DNA of 45,869 nucleotides from Trichoplax sp. H2 (Eukaryota): NCBI GenBank assembly GCA_003344405.1, contig NOWV01000172.1, positions 124,001 to 169,869 of the forward strand, read 5' to 3'. Shown piece by piece: positions 25,601 to 39,100 of this stretch (position 1 is its first letter; each line of letters starts with the position of its first letter). The notes under the pieces were generated by a model. It saw only the letters and a program-made list of their open reading frames with translations, ran no database searches and was not told where the DNA came from. The position numbers and the translations under genes were made by a program.

Positions 25601-27343
25601 TACTCTATGCTTGTCCAATAATTATAATATACATAAGATTATTAAGATCAACATATTCAAATAGTACAAGTCTTACTTTGTGTGTCTATCTTCTTCTAAT
25701 GCTTTTTACGCTAAATACGTATCTCTAATAACGATATGTTTTATTTAGAAACCGTTGATACATGTCTCAATCCTAAAATTAACAACCTTCTCCCCGGATA
25801 TGCAGCCGCACAATATGACTTACTTTGGATTACAGACAGCAACATCAAAGGTACAGCTAATAATAATGATTTCATTGTTATTTCTTTGTTTGCCAGTTCT
25901 GATGCAATTCCATTGACTTAGTTATCCTTTGTATAAATTTTTACCTTTAAAATATCATGAAAATGTTTTCCTGATTCATATGCAATGAATTGGGATATTT
26001 GATTACTATTTTAGTTTATTACTAGCAGTAACAATGATACATTATGAAATAACGTGACTGTTGATACTTGTCTATATGAATTTCCAAGTCTACTTTTTCA
26101 ATTTTATGCTATTCTATGTGTACCTTTTTAATACATTATCTTTCGTAGTAGCTTGCTTGTTTGACGATTGTAAAACCGTACTATAATTTTAATTGGAAAT
26201 CTAACTCAAAATTTGCTTTGTACGTGACAGTGACGCCAAATACATTAACAGATATGGTTGCGAGAATGACCGAAAATGTCGGCATGGTCCATCAGTTGCC
26301 CTATACGACACACATCGATTCGTTAGCAGGATATTTAGATAAAATCCATTTTGGTGGTGCTCATGGACGTGTTTACTTAACCACGAATGCATGTGGAGTT
26401 AATTGCGCCAGCGGAATGTCATGTTTATTCCGTAAGCATCTTTTGGATGAAGTGGGTAAGTGAAATCGAGACTGTTTATCTAACTTACCTAAGGACCATT
26501 CAATTAAGTTTACTTGAAATTTAATTTTAGGTGGCTTAGAAACTTTTGGTTGTTATATTGCTGAAGATTTTTTTCTAGCCAAGTCAATCTATGACAGGTC
26601 TAAATAAGATTCAGCCCTTTGTAGCGTTTATAAGAATGGATTATTGTACTTAACTGACTTACTTTGCTTTACCAATGCCTTTTTATAGAGGTTGGAAATT
26701 TGCTTTAGGGAATGAACCTTGCTTCCAAAATCCGGGAAAAAGATCAGTGCAAAATTACGTCGCTCGGATGATTAGGTAATCATAAAACATCGATGGATTT
26801 TATCAATACGCATATTCTTTACATTCGATCTAAAAATTAGTTGTAATTAACTTTAAGCGGAATTATGACCTTTTCTTAAATTCTTTGTATTAGATGGTCT
26901 CGTCTACGTATGGCTATGATTCCTTTAATTTCAGCATTCGAACCAATATCAGAGTGCATCGTGTGCGGACTGATAGGAGCTTATGGCATAAATCACTTTG
27001 CAAAAATTGGATTTGGTACCATTTATGGTATTCATATCGGCTGTTGGTTCTTATTTGATATGATGCTACTGAAATTAATTCAGGTATTTTAATTAAAAAT
27101 GGCAAAAGCATAGAGTGAACTACTAGATTCAATTTCACTTATACAATAATAAGAATTCATATTATTTATTTTTAATAGCCAACTCCAATAGAAGTATCCT
27201 GGAAAATTCCTTTGATGTGGATATTTAGAGAGTGCATATCCATCTGGATTTATATTAGAGCCCTCTCTAGTCGTACTGTTATCTGGAAGAATCAGAAATA
27301 TCGAGTTCTTTATGGTGGAAAAGCTGAACCATACGTAAAATAG
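22623..27343 (+). CDS. UGCG: Ceramide glucosyltransferase (glucosylceramide synthase, GT21), 10 exons
   Basis: Exons: 22623-22726, 23163-23238, 23676-23744, 24065-24167, 25749-25850, 26231-26455, 26531-26597, 26689-26775, 26894-27083, 27179-27343 (TAG). N-terminal TM helix, then [87 protein letters not shown]. All are hallmark UGCG motifs. Confidence 0.96.
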
Positions 27344-30151
27344 CATAATACCCATAATATAGAATTTTATTTTCAAATGAAATAATTTTAGTTAACTAAG
27401 CTTCACATTTATGCTCTATAGATGTAACATAATTGAAAATTTTTATTCACCGGAAAATGTAACTACCGGTGATAATGCAATAAATGCTTTTCATCATCTA
27501 TTATTATGATAGATATATAGATGCAGATTAGACTATTCTAGCTATTTAATACTAGTAACAATTACTAAACATATTTGCCGGCTTGCTCATTATCTTTAAT
27601 ATAAATTCTATAACTTAATTCAATATTATTGTAAATGATGACCATGATTTCGGTTACCGCAAAGAAACTTAACTTAGCTACTGTTGCTTTTTGAATATCT
27701 AAATAATGTCGGTTAGATTTCAAATTTTGATATGTTTGTACCTAATGTTTGAATTCGCCAGGGTTTTATTATCATACATATTTAACTTCAAATTCAGGCA
27801 AATTTTGGAAAGTAGAACATTATCTTATCTTTTTACTGTATTACCGTTGACATTAGTTAGTAGACAATCATGACTTGCTTATCGACTTTGTTGCATAACT
27901 CTAAGTTTGGCTTTGTTTAGTGTAAATACTGTATTGATGTTATTGCAGCAGTAATCATTGATGAAATCGTTGTTTTCTTAGTAGATTATGAATTTTGAAT
28001 TGACAACTATCGTAATCGTATCAATTTGATATATGACCTTGTATTTGGCATGTATACTGTATGTGCATTATATAATCTGTGTATATGAAAAATTCCTCAA
28101 ACAACTTTTAGGACTTTGTAACAAATTGGACAGATTAAACCATGTAATAAAAACTTAGCATCTTTTAATTTTGGTCAGCCATTTCTTGGTAGTACAGTAG
28201 AGCTACTTTAACACCTAAAAACACCAATCTACTGTATTACCTAGTAGAGCATACCTATTGCTTATTTAGCTGCATTCTGCTCATATCTCCCTGAAATCAA
28301 ACAATTTAAGGTTGAAATTAGCGCTCAAATTGAAATATTCTTAGATTTAAATTCAGAGAAAGGAATTTTCACACATTAAAAAATATAGAATAAAGTAAAA
28401 TGGATATGGTCGAATGCAGAGTCTACATATTTTTTTATTTTTATCCCTGCTACATTGCCTATTAATTGCAAGATACACTAATATTATAAAATGGTTACCC
28501 CTTGGCAAGGGATACTAGGTGTAATCTCGTGGTGCATGCTCTTGGACAATACAGTAGGATTTGACAAACGATTAACCACGGATAATGATTTCTGACGTTT
28601 ATTCAGCAACACGGTTGATGTAAACAGTGATTTAGTAGTTACTCCTTGTAGTTAATTTCTCTTTCAGTGCACTTCATGTCGTATTGGTTAATTCGCATTC
28701 TATTTTTACCCACTTTTCAGTGCAATATATTGTAATTCAAAGTATTGATGCTGTGATTACTTTTACCTATATTCAAAATGGTTAGGATAGGAAAAGCGAT
28801 GATTGTATGATTGGTACAATATTGAGCTATTTTAGTGAATTAATTAGTTATACGTACCTGTATGCATTAAGATTACAAAAGTTTTTTAAGTCCATGGAAT
28901 TTGAAATTTACTGTCAAAAGCTATATATAGTACTTCTAAATAAATCTGCTCGATTTTAAGTGCAGTAGAATAAATGCTCTTTGCTGTCATAATTTGATCA
29001 GCAGTATATAAAATTGATTCAATTCGATGTGATACAACAGTAGTTCATAGTAAGTTATAATTTTTAACGCTCCTAGATATAAAAACTGTCTTTATTTCAA
29101 TTATTTCAAGATGATACCAGTACCATATCGCAACTGAACAAAATATAATTACTTGTAGCCGATAAAATTCACGATATCACACTATTAGGATGCTTATATC
29201 TCGAGTTGTGACTTAGGCTCTGCAACTAAATTTATCCATTTCATGTAAATACGAATTATCACCACACTTCATCACTATTAGCCTGAATTTGAACTTTTAA
29301 GAGTATAAGTAAAATGGTATCTTAAGGTATCATAACAACTGTGCAGTAAGTCGTGCTTTATTGCTCTCCTACAAATATAGTTTTAGAGTTAATAAATTAC
29401 GAGTATATCTAAAATATAGCTGATGATAATACAACAACTCCTTGTAGATACATTGTGTCTATTGGTATATCCCTCCATGGATTCATAATACAATTGATCA
29501 ATTTAAAGGAAAAAGTACAATCTTATTGCTAGGGACATATGAAAAAGGTAGTCAAAGTGATAATTCTCTTGAATCCAATTTGATGCATGAAAATTATTAG
29601 ATTCCACAACTTACAGTACTACGTTTATTTTATGTATACGTATTCTAGTATCATAGATCCAAAAATTAATATTTCTACGCAGATACTGTATCTATTGTGA
29701 ACTTTCTTTAGCCGAACGTCTATGTCAATAAAATTATTATACACCCATTATCCAACAAGATCTTTTATTCGAATTTTGTCGTAACTATGTATCATCTATT
29801 TATCAGTATTTATCTATTCTTGTAAAGTCACTGGTGAAATAACTTCGTGAACAGGCAATAGCTATTTTTAGAAAATGTTTCACGATTAAAAATTGCGCCT
29901 AATATGTATACTGAACTAAAATATTGTCATTTTAAAATCTTCATTATACAGTCGCCTAATTATAACGCACGCATTAAGCAGCCTGAGAATTCTAATAATC
30001 GTATATTATCTAACCGAAGTCAAGACATTATTGAAAGTAGTGGTCATACTTCTCCTGTATGTCAATAACAATACCTTCGAACTTTTATAGAGTATACCGG
30101 TAACTAATAGAAATTATTTTTTTATTATAGACTGATCCATGTCAAGATTTA

Positions 30152-33100
30152 CTATTTAGCCCACATTTCGGATGCTACAGGGACTTCAATTTCATCTTGC
30201 ACTTGAGAAGGTAAGTTAGGAAAAAAATTGATACCAGATAACGCCTCGATATCACGTATACTTGTGGTATGATCTAATAGGTAAACGTCGGTCAACTGCA
30301 GCAATAAAAATCAAAAAGGAGTATTATATAATTAGTCCTCATTCCTATTAACATTATATAACGCCTAGTTTATCAGTTTTAGTAAGTTTACCTGTCCTTG
30401 TGGTTTACGTGAGTTGAGATGCGGTAAGACAAACGATATGACATCAATTTTACCCTGACATGGGTCTATTGCCTTTTCATTTTTACTATCTGCCATTTTC
30501 TTTGTAGTTTGACATTTAACAAATATCTTATAAAAATGCGTGGGAAGGACAACGGTATCGATTGCACCATGAATCCAACTAATTTTGTTAATAAGAGTAG
30601 ACTATTAATATACACATAAATTAAAAATCTGATTCATAAAGTTTTATTTCTAAGTATTAATTTTTAATTTTTCGCCGAGCTTACTAGGAAGGATCGCTCC
30701 AAATTTTATTCCGATCACCAAGAACTAATGAACCTGAAAGGACATAAACACTGCCATATTTTTTAGCCCAAGTTCTCGTTAAGCTTTCGAGGTTAAGCCA
30801 AGGGCCTAGTATAAAGCAGTTTTTATTATTAATTAACAAACTACAATTGTTATTGTTAGATTTAAGCATTGATACCGACATGCTACGATGTATCGAGATA
30901 CTAACCTGCGTTAAAATTATGAATTTGCGGGGCTATATTGGATAGCAAGTAGGTATTAGCTTGCGCCTCTGCATCAAAGTTCATGTCACCTTTTTACAAG
31001 TCATGAGAGATTTATTAGTTGCCGATATATATTTGTATAAAAATTATCAGCGACTAACATAGCAAACACTAAATTTATTGCTGTAAGCTTAAACATTCAA
31101 GATTGATATGCTAAATCAAAGTTATTGCCTTGCACCACAGCAAATTACACATGATTCAATGATTTTCATACTACGACAGTTTGATGCAGTAAAGCTACGG
31201 GTACTCTTTGCTCGTTTTATATTCGAATAAAGTAATAGCAATAATAATATAAATTCAGAATAGGATAATTTTTCTTTAAATTACCCTGGATCTAAAGAGC
31301 ATGGCAGCTGGAACTGCTTATTAGAGTAAAGTTACGGTATACCAGTTTTTAGGTATTAATATTTACAGGTTAAATATTTAAATATACGGATAGTGTACGG
31401 TACTTTCAAATATGTACGATGCTTATGCATGCAAGTTGAAATTATCCTCAAATATACTCTATCGAATGATATCTGCCGGTATTTAAAATAATCTAAGATC
31501 ATTAGTATTCTATCTTTATCCAATACTGCTTTTATGTACCATACCGTTTGGAGCCATATGGCCACGATCGTAGCCAGATCTGGAGTAGCTGGTACAATTA
31601 GAAGCTTGAGATGCAATGGACAATCGAAGATCACGTCGGAAACAATCGTTTCTCTTTAGGAACCCTGAAGCTTCCTAGTGGCATAAATAATTTCATTGAC
31701 AACAATACTTTAACATGTAAGAACTCCGCTTAAGCTAATACGTCAAGAAGGTCTAAATTAATTCTGTACCTTAGTTGTTATTTCATAGCCTACAAACCAA
31801 GGTACTCGATAGGTGTTGCTATAACTGGTGATGTAATGATTTTGATATAGGATGCAAGTATCAAGAGATACTCGATATTCTGGAATACCCCATGGGAAAT
31901 TCATCATTTGAGCAGCAGACTCTAAATGAAAATCAAAATTCAACGTTATTAATAGCAACGATAAATTGGATTAATTAAACTTAAATTATCATGATCTATT
32001 TTAAGATGATTCTGTTACTGTATAAGAAGACAATTAAATGCTTATTTATATGAAACCTTCTTGCGTAGTCATATTGAGCGCTTGATTGTACAGAGTCAAA
32101 TTCGCTTTGACAACACTCTACAAGATTTAATAAATAATTTTACATAAAAAAATTTTCAAGTATTGAAAAAATTAAACATTTCAGTTCGATAACAAAAATT
32201 GGACAGATAATATTATAGCTCATGATAAAAATTTAATATTCTATTTTTAAAATTTTTTTATTGAATATCAATTTAGGCTTTAGCAAATGGCAGGTGTTGC
32301 TTATTTGTATAAATTCTATAGCTTTTGCAGAGCGTTATTCCTTTCACTATATCTATCATTAACATAATGCTAAATATAATGCACGGAACTTACGCGGCAA
32401 TAGGGACAAACACAGCTCGAACATCGAGCTCTATCTTCAAATAAAGCAGTATCTGCCGGTATACGGCAAACTGGACCTGGCTGACTCGGAGCTTGCGGGG
32501 TAGCAACGCCTGGATTCCTTAACATGGCTCTCAGTGATCCTAAGACGCCATTATTCTTGGCTGGCTTAATGCCTAGTAACTCTATATATTAAAGATTTTA
32601 TATTTAATTATCAGCAGGTACACATCAATTGCTATCCTTTTCTTTGCTGTAGAATAGATTAGAAACAACGTACTTGTCATGACATTATATAGCTGAATAT
32701 TTAAAAATGGTTTAATCTTCTTAGAGCTGTGAAATCCAGGGCCTGAAGCCATAAAAATGGTCCTCATATCCTTTTCCAAATTATCCCAACCACTTGTAGC
32801 TAACCCACACGCTGTATAATTGGCGTCGTATCTAAGACATAAATTATATAAAATTAAAATACTACTCACTTGTACCTACGAGTGAAGCTATATTGCCATT
32901 TTAATATATTTACTTACATACGTCTAACCAAGTAACCATCCACCATTATGACTATTACATCAGGGATACGCCTAATAAGAAGTAGATTTTAAATGATCAA
33001 GTTAAGATTAAAAAATAGAATAGTTAAAATAAAATTAAGATCTTATATTCCTTTATGATAAATTAGTAGCTAAATCATTAATGCTCAAATTACTTTGAAA

Positions 33101-36100
33101 ATTAAATTCTTCAGGTATAAACTGTAATAGTAAATGGTATCGAAATTGCGATCTAAATCATCTATAGGCGTCTGTCGTTATTTCACTATATCTTGTGTAT
33201 TTGTTTTACATTAGCTTTAATTATAAATTATAGTCCACTGCGTACTTATTATTTTATAGTAATTATTTTTGTAACGCTAAGCTGATATGACTTTGACCTG
33301 CACCCAGTAACTACTGGCGTGAATATCGTATTTTGTATCCTTATGAATTTATCTGACGTTTACATTATCTCCTAATTAATGTATCCTACAACTTAGCTAG
33401 AAATGACTCTCAGCGCTTGATATTATCTTAATTAATACGAGTACCGTATCATTTATTGAATAACTGATATATAATAGCTATAGCTAATCGTCATTTCAAA
33501 TGAGTTAACTCAATGAGCTAAATTTAACTAGAATATCCCGGACACAGTATCCAGCATTACTACTAGCCCCTCAGCGATATCCACTGTAGGTTGAGTCTTA
33601 GTAGTTACGGATAGCCTGCTATCCAACTAATATGTGTAGCTAATTTTGAAAATATCTATACTGATATCTTACACTGATATCCCACTATAACTATAACCTT
33701 AATTAGGTCGCTGATCTGATAAGGATCACTAAGTATAAGTACTGTACCGCTAGTCAAAAATTTCGAATTTGTAGCTACATGAATCAAGCTGAACTTAGTG
33801 ACTTAGAACAATCCTTCGTTAATATACTAAAGTACCGGTACCTATATAATGGGACAGGACTGGAACCATTATATACTTCAACCGTTATAACCATTACATA
33901 AAATGGGAGGTTAAGATCATTTTACAACTTGTTGATCTTGTATTTTAAGACGTCATTCATATTTGTGGACAACACCCTGTCAAACATTAGCCATAGATCG
34001 ATACAAAATCAGAATAGTAAGATGATATCTCGGATTGTTATGATGATTAACCCTTTGTTTGCTTGATTTGTTTATTTTCTGCTCAAATTTAATTACTAAA
34101 ACGATTCAATATTAATATACGTCTATACATAGTTTGTATGGTGTAATCGGTGGTATACTGCTAAAATAATTGGGCTTATAAAATGATTTTAAGAGTAGAC
34201 ACAAATTCTGCAACAGTCAGTTAACATATTTTTAAAAACGTTTATATTTCGGACCGTAACTTAAATGGAAATTTATCGGCAGAACAGGCTCCGCTATTTA
34301 ATCAACACCTTACGTAACGATTGAAGCGAAGACGTTATAAAGTTTTAGTCTATGATCAGGGTCTATAAATATTTGAGTTAAAGGCATACAAGCGTAGCAT
34401 AGTACGATGTTGGTTAGCACAGTACTTCTAATCTAGATCCATAGCATTACTGCTTAATGCGCCCCCGACTATGTAATAAATAATTATAATGATACTGTAG
34501 ATACATTCCATCATGCCATATATCTATATCGCCTTAGGGATATATGTGCAAATTTACTATAAACTTATGTGAAGATATCTAAAATAATGTGAGCTGGCAG
34601 ATTTTAAGAAATTACTAGAATTGATTTTTCTTCACACGAGTATTTAATTACTACCATATCTATTAGTACATTTAGGAAAATCTTCGATATGGATGATTAG
34701 AGTCCTAACTGATCGATTATAACTATACATTAAACTTAGCTCCAATTTAGACTGTCAAGTTACTCTGGTACGGTATCTAACCTATGTGTATATCTGATAT
34801 TCGAAATGTTACTCTTAGGCTTAGAATAAGCTCTAAGTTGATTACAAGTTGAAAGCTCTAGTCAAGTGAAAATTTGCTTAAATATTGTTTATATTGCATT
34901 ATAATAAAATGAAAGAGTGGAAATCTTAATGGATTTTAACATTAAATGTAGAGAGCAAAGTATCATGGCGTGAACCTTTATCAAATGTAATCAATACCAT
35001 TTAAGTGTGTACTGTATCTCTATAATTAGGAGTATGGAACTTCATAACTATAAAAGTGCCGAGATATGCAATTTGTAATAATACAAAACTGAATCACTTT
35101 GTTTAGACATGAATACTTCAAATCCATAAATTGGATAAAATTGTTCAATCTTTATGCAATCAATATCTTAGTATCTCTGCATTAACTGGACTTACGTGTT
35201 ATTGCGATAATGGAAACGAAACGGCAAATCTTCTTTCTTGAATACAGTAAACTTACTACTTCTACCCTGAATATGATCAAAGTTATCAGTTAAAATTGAC
35301 AATGGATGTCGTGAGAATATCATAAATTATTCAATTTACTTTAATCTTTGAAACTACTTCCGTAGCATTTCCTATAAGAAGATAACAGTATTATCAGAAA
35401 ATGCTACAAGTATAAAAAATTTTAGAAACGAAGTCAATGAACCAATTTCTGATGAGCCCTTACCTCCATTAACGAGGATACCTCCGAATGCTCCTTGATT
35501 GACGACTTGATTTTTATCAACATCAATATACTAATGAAATTATAGCATTATAAATTCAACATCAATCAAAGATTATAGTATACTAATTTATGATATAATA
35601 AATTATTATTACCGTATTTAAATATCTTATTTTGGAACAAGATGGTTGTTTCATTCCTGGTAAGCAAAGGTAAAGTAATAGTTTATAAGTAGTCCAAACC
35701 AGAATAGCAACGCCACTTAAGATACAATCATGCGTTATAAACCTTACCATGATCAGAAGTAATGATGACATTTACACAATGTTCAGCATTGCGTTGTTTT
35801 AATCCTTGGGTAATGGCACCAATTGCATTATCAATGTTCTTTATTTCTTGATTTACCTATTAACATTTTTTTATTAGTCATAACATAGTTAGCAAATATT
35901 CAAGTAGCGCAGTTGCAAGTGTCAATATATCTCAAGGATAGTATAGCCTGTAAAGATTTAGTAGATTCGCAGTGATTGTATGCGTAAATCAAGCTACTAA
36001 TAGCTTTCCAACTTGAACTCTTAACAGTCTAAAAATTTAAATTTTATGCAGGAAAGAACAATCCAATTAATGTGAGTCCTAATACTCGTATCCGTCTAAT

Positions 36101-39100
36101 ATTACCTCATTCGATGTTGGACCATATCTAGCTCCTGCTAGTTGAACTTGATCGAAAGTCATGGTAATGAGTTGTGGCCTGGTGTACGAGTAACATTGGT
36201 ATTAAAAATGTATCTCAATCTAGTTATATTTGATCTATTTTTAAAAAATCATAAAGCGCATTATTAATCACAAATTAGATTATATCTGCAAGCAACCGTT
36301 TATCGGCAGGCATATCAAGCCATTGAAAAAACTGAGTAACGCGATCCATAGTCGTGGCATTCCTATAGTCACAAAAAGTATTTAAATTAGAACTGATGAT
36401 GTTCTTGGCATCTACAATTAGCTGTTCATTACTTACATGTTGGGAGGAAACCGATAATTGGGATGATATCCTATAATAAATCATTTCAAAAATAGAAAAA
36501 CAGTATTATACTACCAATTTACAACAGTATTACTAATATTTAAGACGTTATATTTCTTGAACTGATTTCAAATACTATAATTCATTTAATGTCAACTCTC
36601 TTACTGTCGTCCTACCTTGGAAATTGGCTTGATCTCCTGGCCAAGAGTAGCTTGCTGTAGTAATATTATTTTTGTTAGCGGTTACCCAAATCTATAGAGA
36701 TGGATAGCCAAAAGTAAAACTTAACATTAAACTTAACTTGAGATAGAGATTTTAGAGCTTTTTATTAGATATACGGTACTATATTACTGTAGACTTACTG
36801 GTTCACCACCCCACCATTTTTCTTGGGTTCCATTGACGCCCTTAAAATCAAAAGTTTCTTGAAAATTGGGATCGTAAAAATTATCAGCAACAATGCCATG
36901 ACTAACTGGGTATAGACCCTAATTAGTAGAAAGAAATGACGAATTTAGAAAAACTTTATCTCATTACTATTAATAAAATGTAAATGTAAAGAATTCAAAT
37001 TCCGATAAAAGGATATTTATCATGTACTGTTAAAATACTGTAGAGATTTGGCAGCGTTTGCGTGGGGAAAACTGGTTTCATATAGTCTGCTTGGGTACCC
37101 TTGGAAGCAAAAGCGGAAATATTGGGTGTTTGACCACGATTAAGATAATCCCAACGGAATCCATTGAGAGAGATGACCAGTAAAGGTGCAGGAGTTATAC
37201 TACATTTGCAAATAAAGCGCTAATGGATCAGCAATTGTCAGTTATAATTTCATGATTGTATCTCTAGCATCTCTTAGGTGTATTAAATTCTAAATTACAA
37301 TAATTCTTTTACCACTCTGAAATGTGTTAGTGGAGCTACCGATTTAATGAAGCTTGTAATCATTAAATTAACCTGCATGGTGGGAATGTTATTGGTGGTA
37401 GGGTAGTTGCTGGTGGAGTTGTAGGTTGTTTAGTAGCCGGTTGTGTAGTAGCAGGTGGTGCAGTTGTCGATTGCTCAGGTGTGGCTGAATTCGTGGATTG
37501 CGTAGTAGCAGGTTTGGTTGAGTATGTGGATTGTGCTGTAGGTGACGATGTTGGGCACAAATTGCCGCCTTGTTGCCCTTGATTTACACCTATTGAATTG
37601 AGTAATTATTGATTCAACTACAGAACTATTAGCACGGCTTTTTGGCGCAGAATTATCTGACTATACAGTTACAGACCTCTTTGGTTAGCAAACCAGCCGA
37701 TCATGAACCCAAGACCGAAAACCACACCAATTACGAGAATGCCGCCAACCTGAATAAAAAATTAAGAATGGTGGAGGAAAAGATTATTTAATTAAAATAT
37801 GAAATTTTAATCTTAAATTTAAAATTATTCTAAATTTTTCGCTTCACTAAAGTGGCCGTTCCATAATAATATCACGGCTTAACTTTTTTAAATTATTAAA
37901 ATTCATCTCGTAACGAAAAGGTATAAATTAGGTATTTCCACGCAAAATGTAAGATCATCGTACGGCGACATCCTATATTAGTAACTCAATTCGTTATCCT
38001 TTAATGTGTGCTTATAACCAAGTTATAATTAATCGCAGATTTTATTCAACATTCACAGGGCTATCCTGCAGCGATATAATATTCGTTCATCGTATTCGTG
38101 TCACTAGAGCTCACCCTAAATCCAAACAATACGTTATATATTTTCTTTTATCTGAAAGTAAGGAAATACGGTCCTCTACGGCAACAACAAAATTTAAGTA
38201 CCGTACCGTAATTAATCACTAATGGAAAGAAGCAAATTCATGAGTAAGGAATACAATCATAAGCGAATAAGGAAGCATTATTTATAAGTAAAACGAAGAA
38301 GTTTATACTATAAATAAATAAAATAATGTAATATTACGATGGAATTGGGTTGATTATGCCTCTGCTTATTAACATACAAGAAAGTCCAGATATATAGCAG
38401 TGAAATTGATTGGATATGTCCACCAAAATGAATCATACTATGGTTATAAGCTTATATACTATAAAGTAAAAATATTAATATTACTACTAAATACGACAGA
38501 CTTATGTTTACACCTGTCACGTTAACATATACTATAAATTGAAAAAAAATTATCAGTTATCTACGTAAAATCGATGACTACTGAAATATATTATAGTCAC
38601 CAAATTATTATCCAATGGATAAATGAACGCTTGTATAATATTTGTGTAACTAGGGTCCAGCTGCCTATCTATAACAGTTTTCAACTATATGCATGCTTGT
38701 GTAAATTCATATAAGCGATTTCAATAGATTTCGATAGGAAAATAAGATTTTGCTATTGCGGATAAATCGTAAAATTGAAATCCGTCGCCATATTTATTAC
38801 GAGCTAAAGGCTGGTTACAGAAACCAGTATATCATTAGATCCGATCGTTCTCAAATTCAAATCTTTGAGGTTCATTACTTACGACATAAATAATATTTTT
38901 TCTCCTAGCATCAGCTTTATTGCTGCCTCTAAGACCTTCCACTTCCAACTTTTCTCTCTAAAAAGTAAAATATTTAAAACTATCAGTATGCAAACAAATA
39001 TTTGACTCGACGGCCTCGACTCTGATATAGAATGTTTTAAATAAAATATAAATAAATTTGTTCTATAAGAATGCAACTTCAAAACTACTTCATTCCTGAA

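Noticed and set aside
490-27343. Functional lipid-metabolism cluster (phospholipases next to UGCG)
   Set aside because: Only adjacency supports it; this would need synteny or co-expression data.
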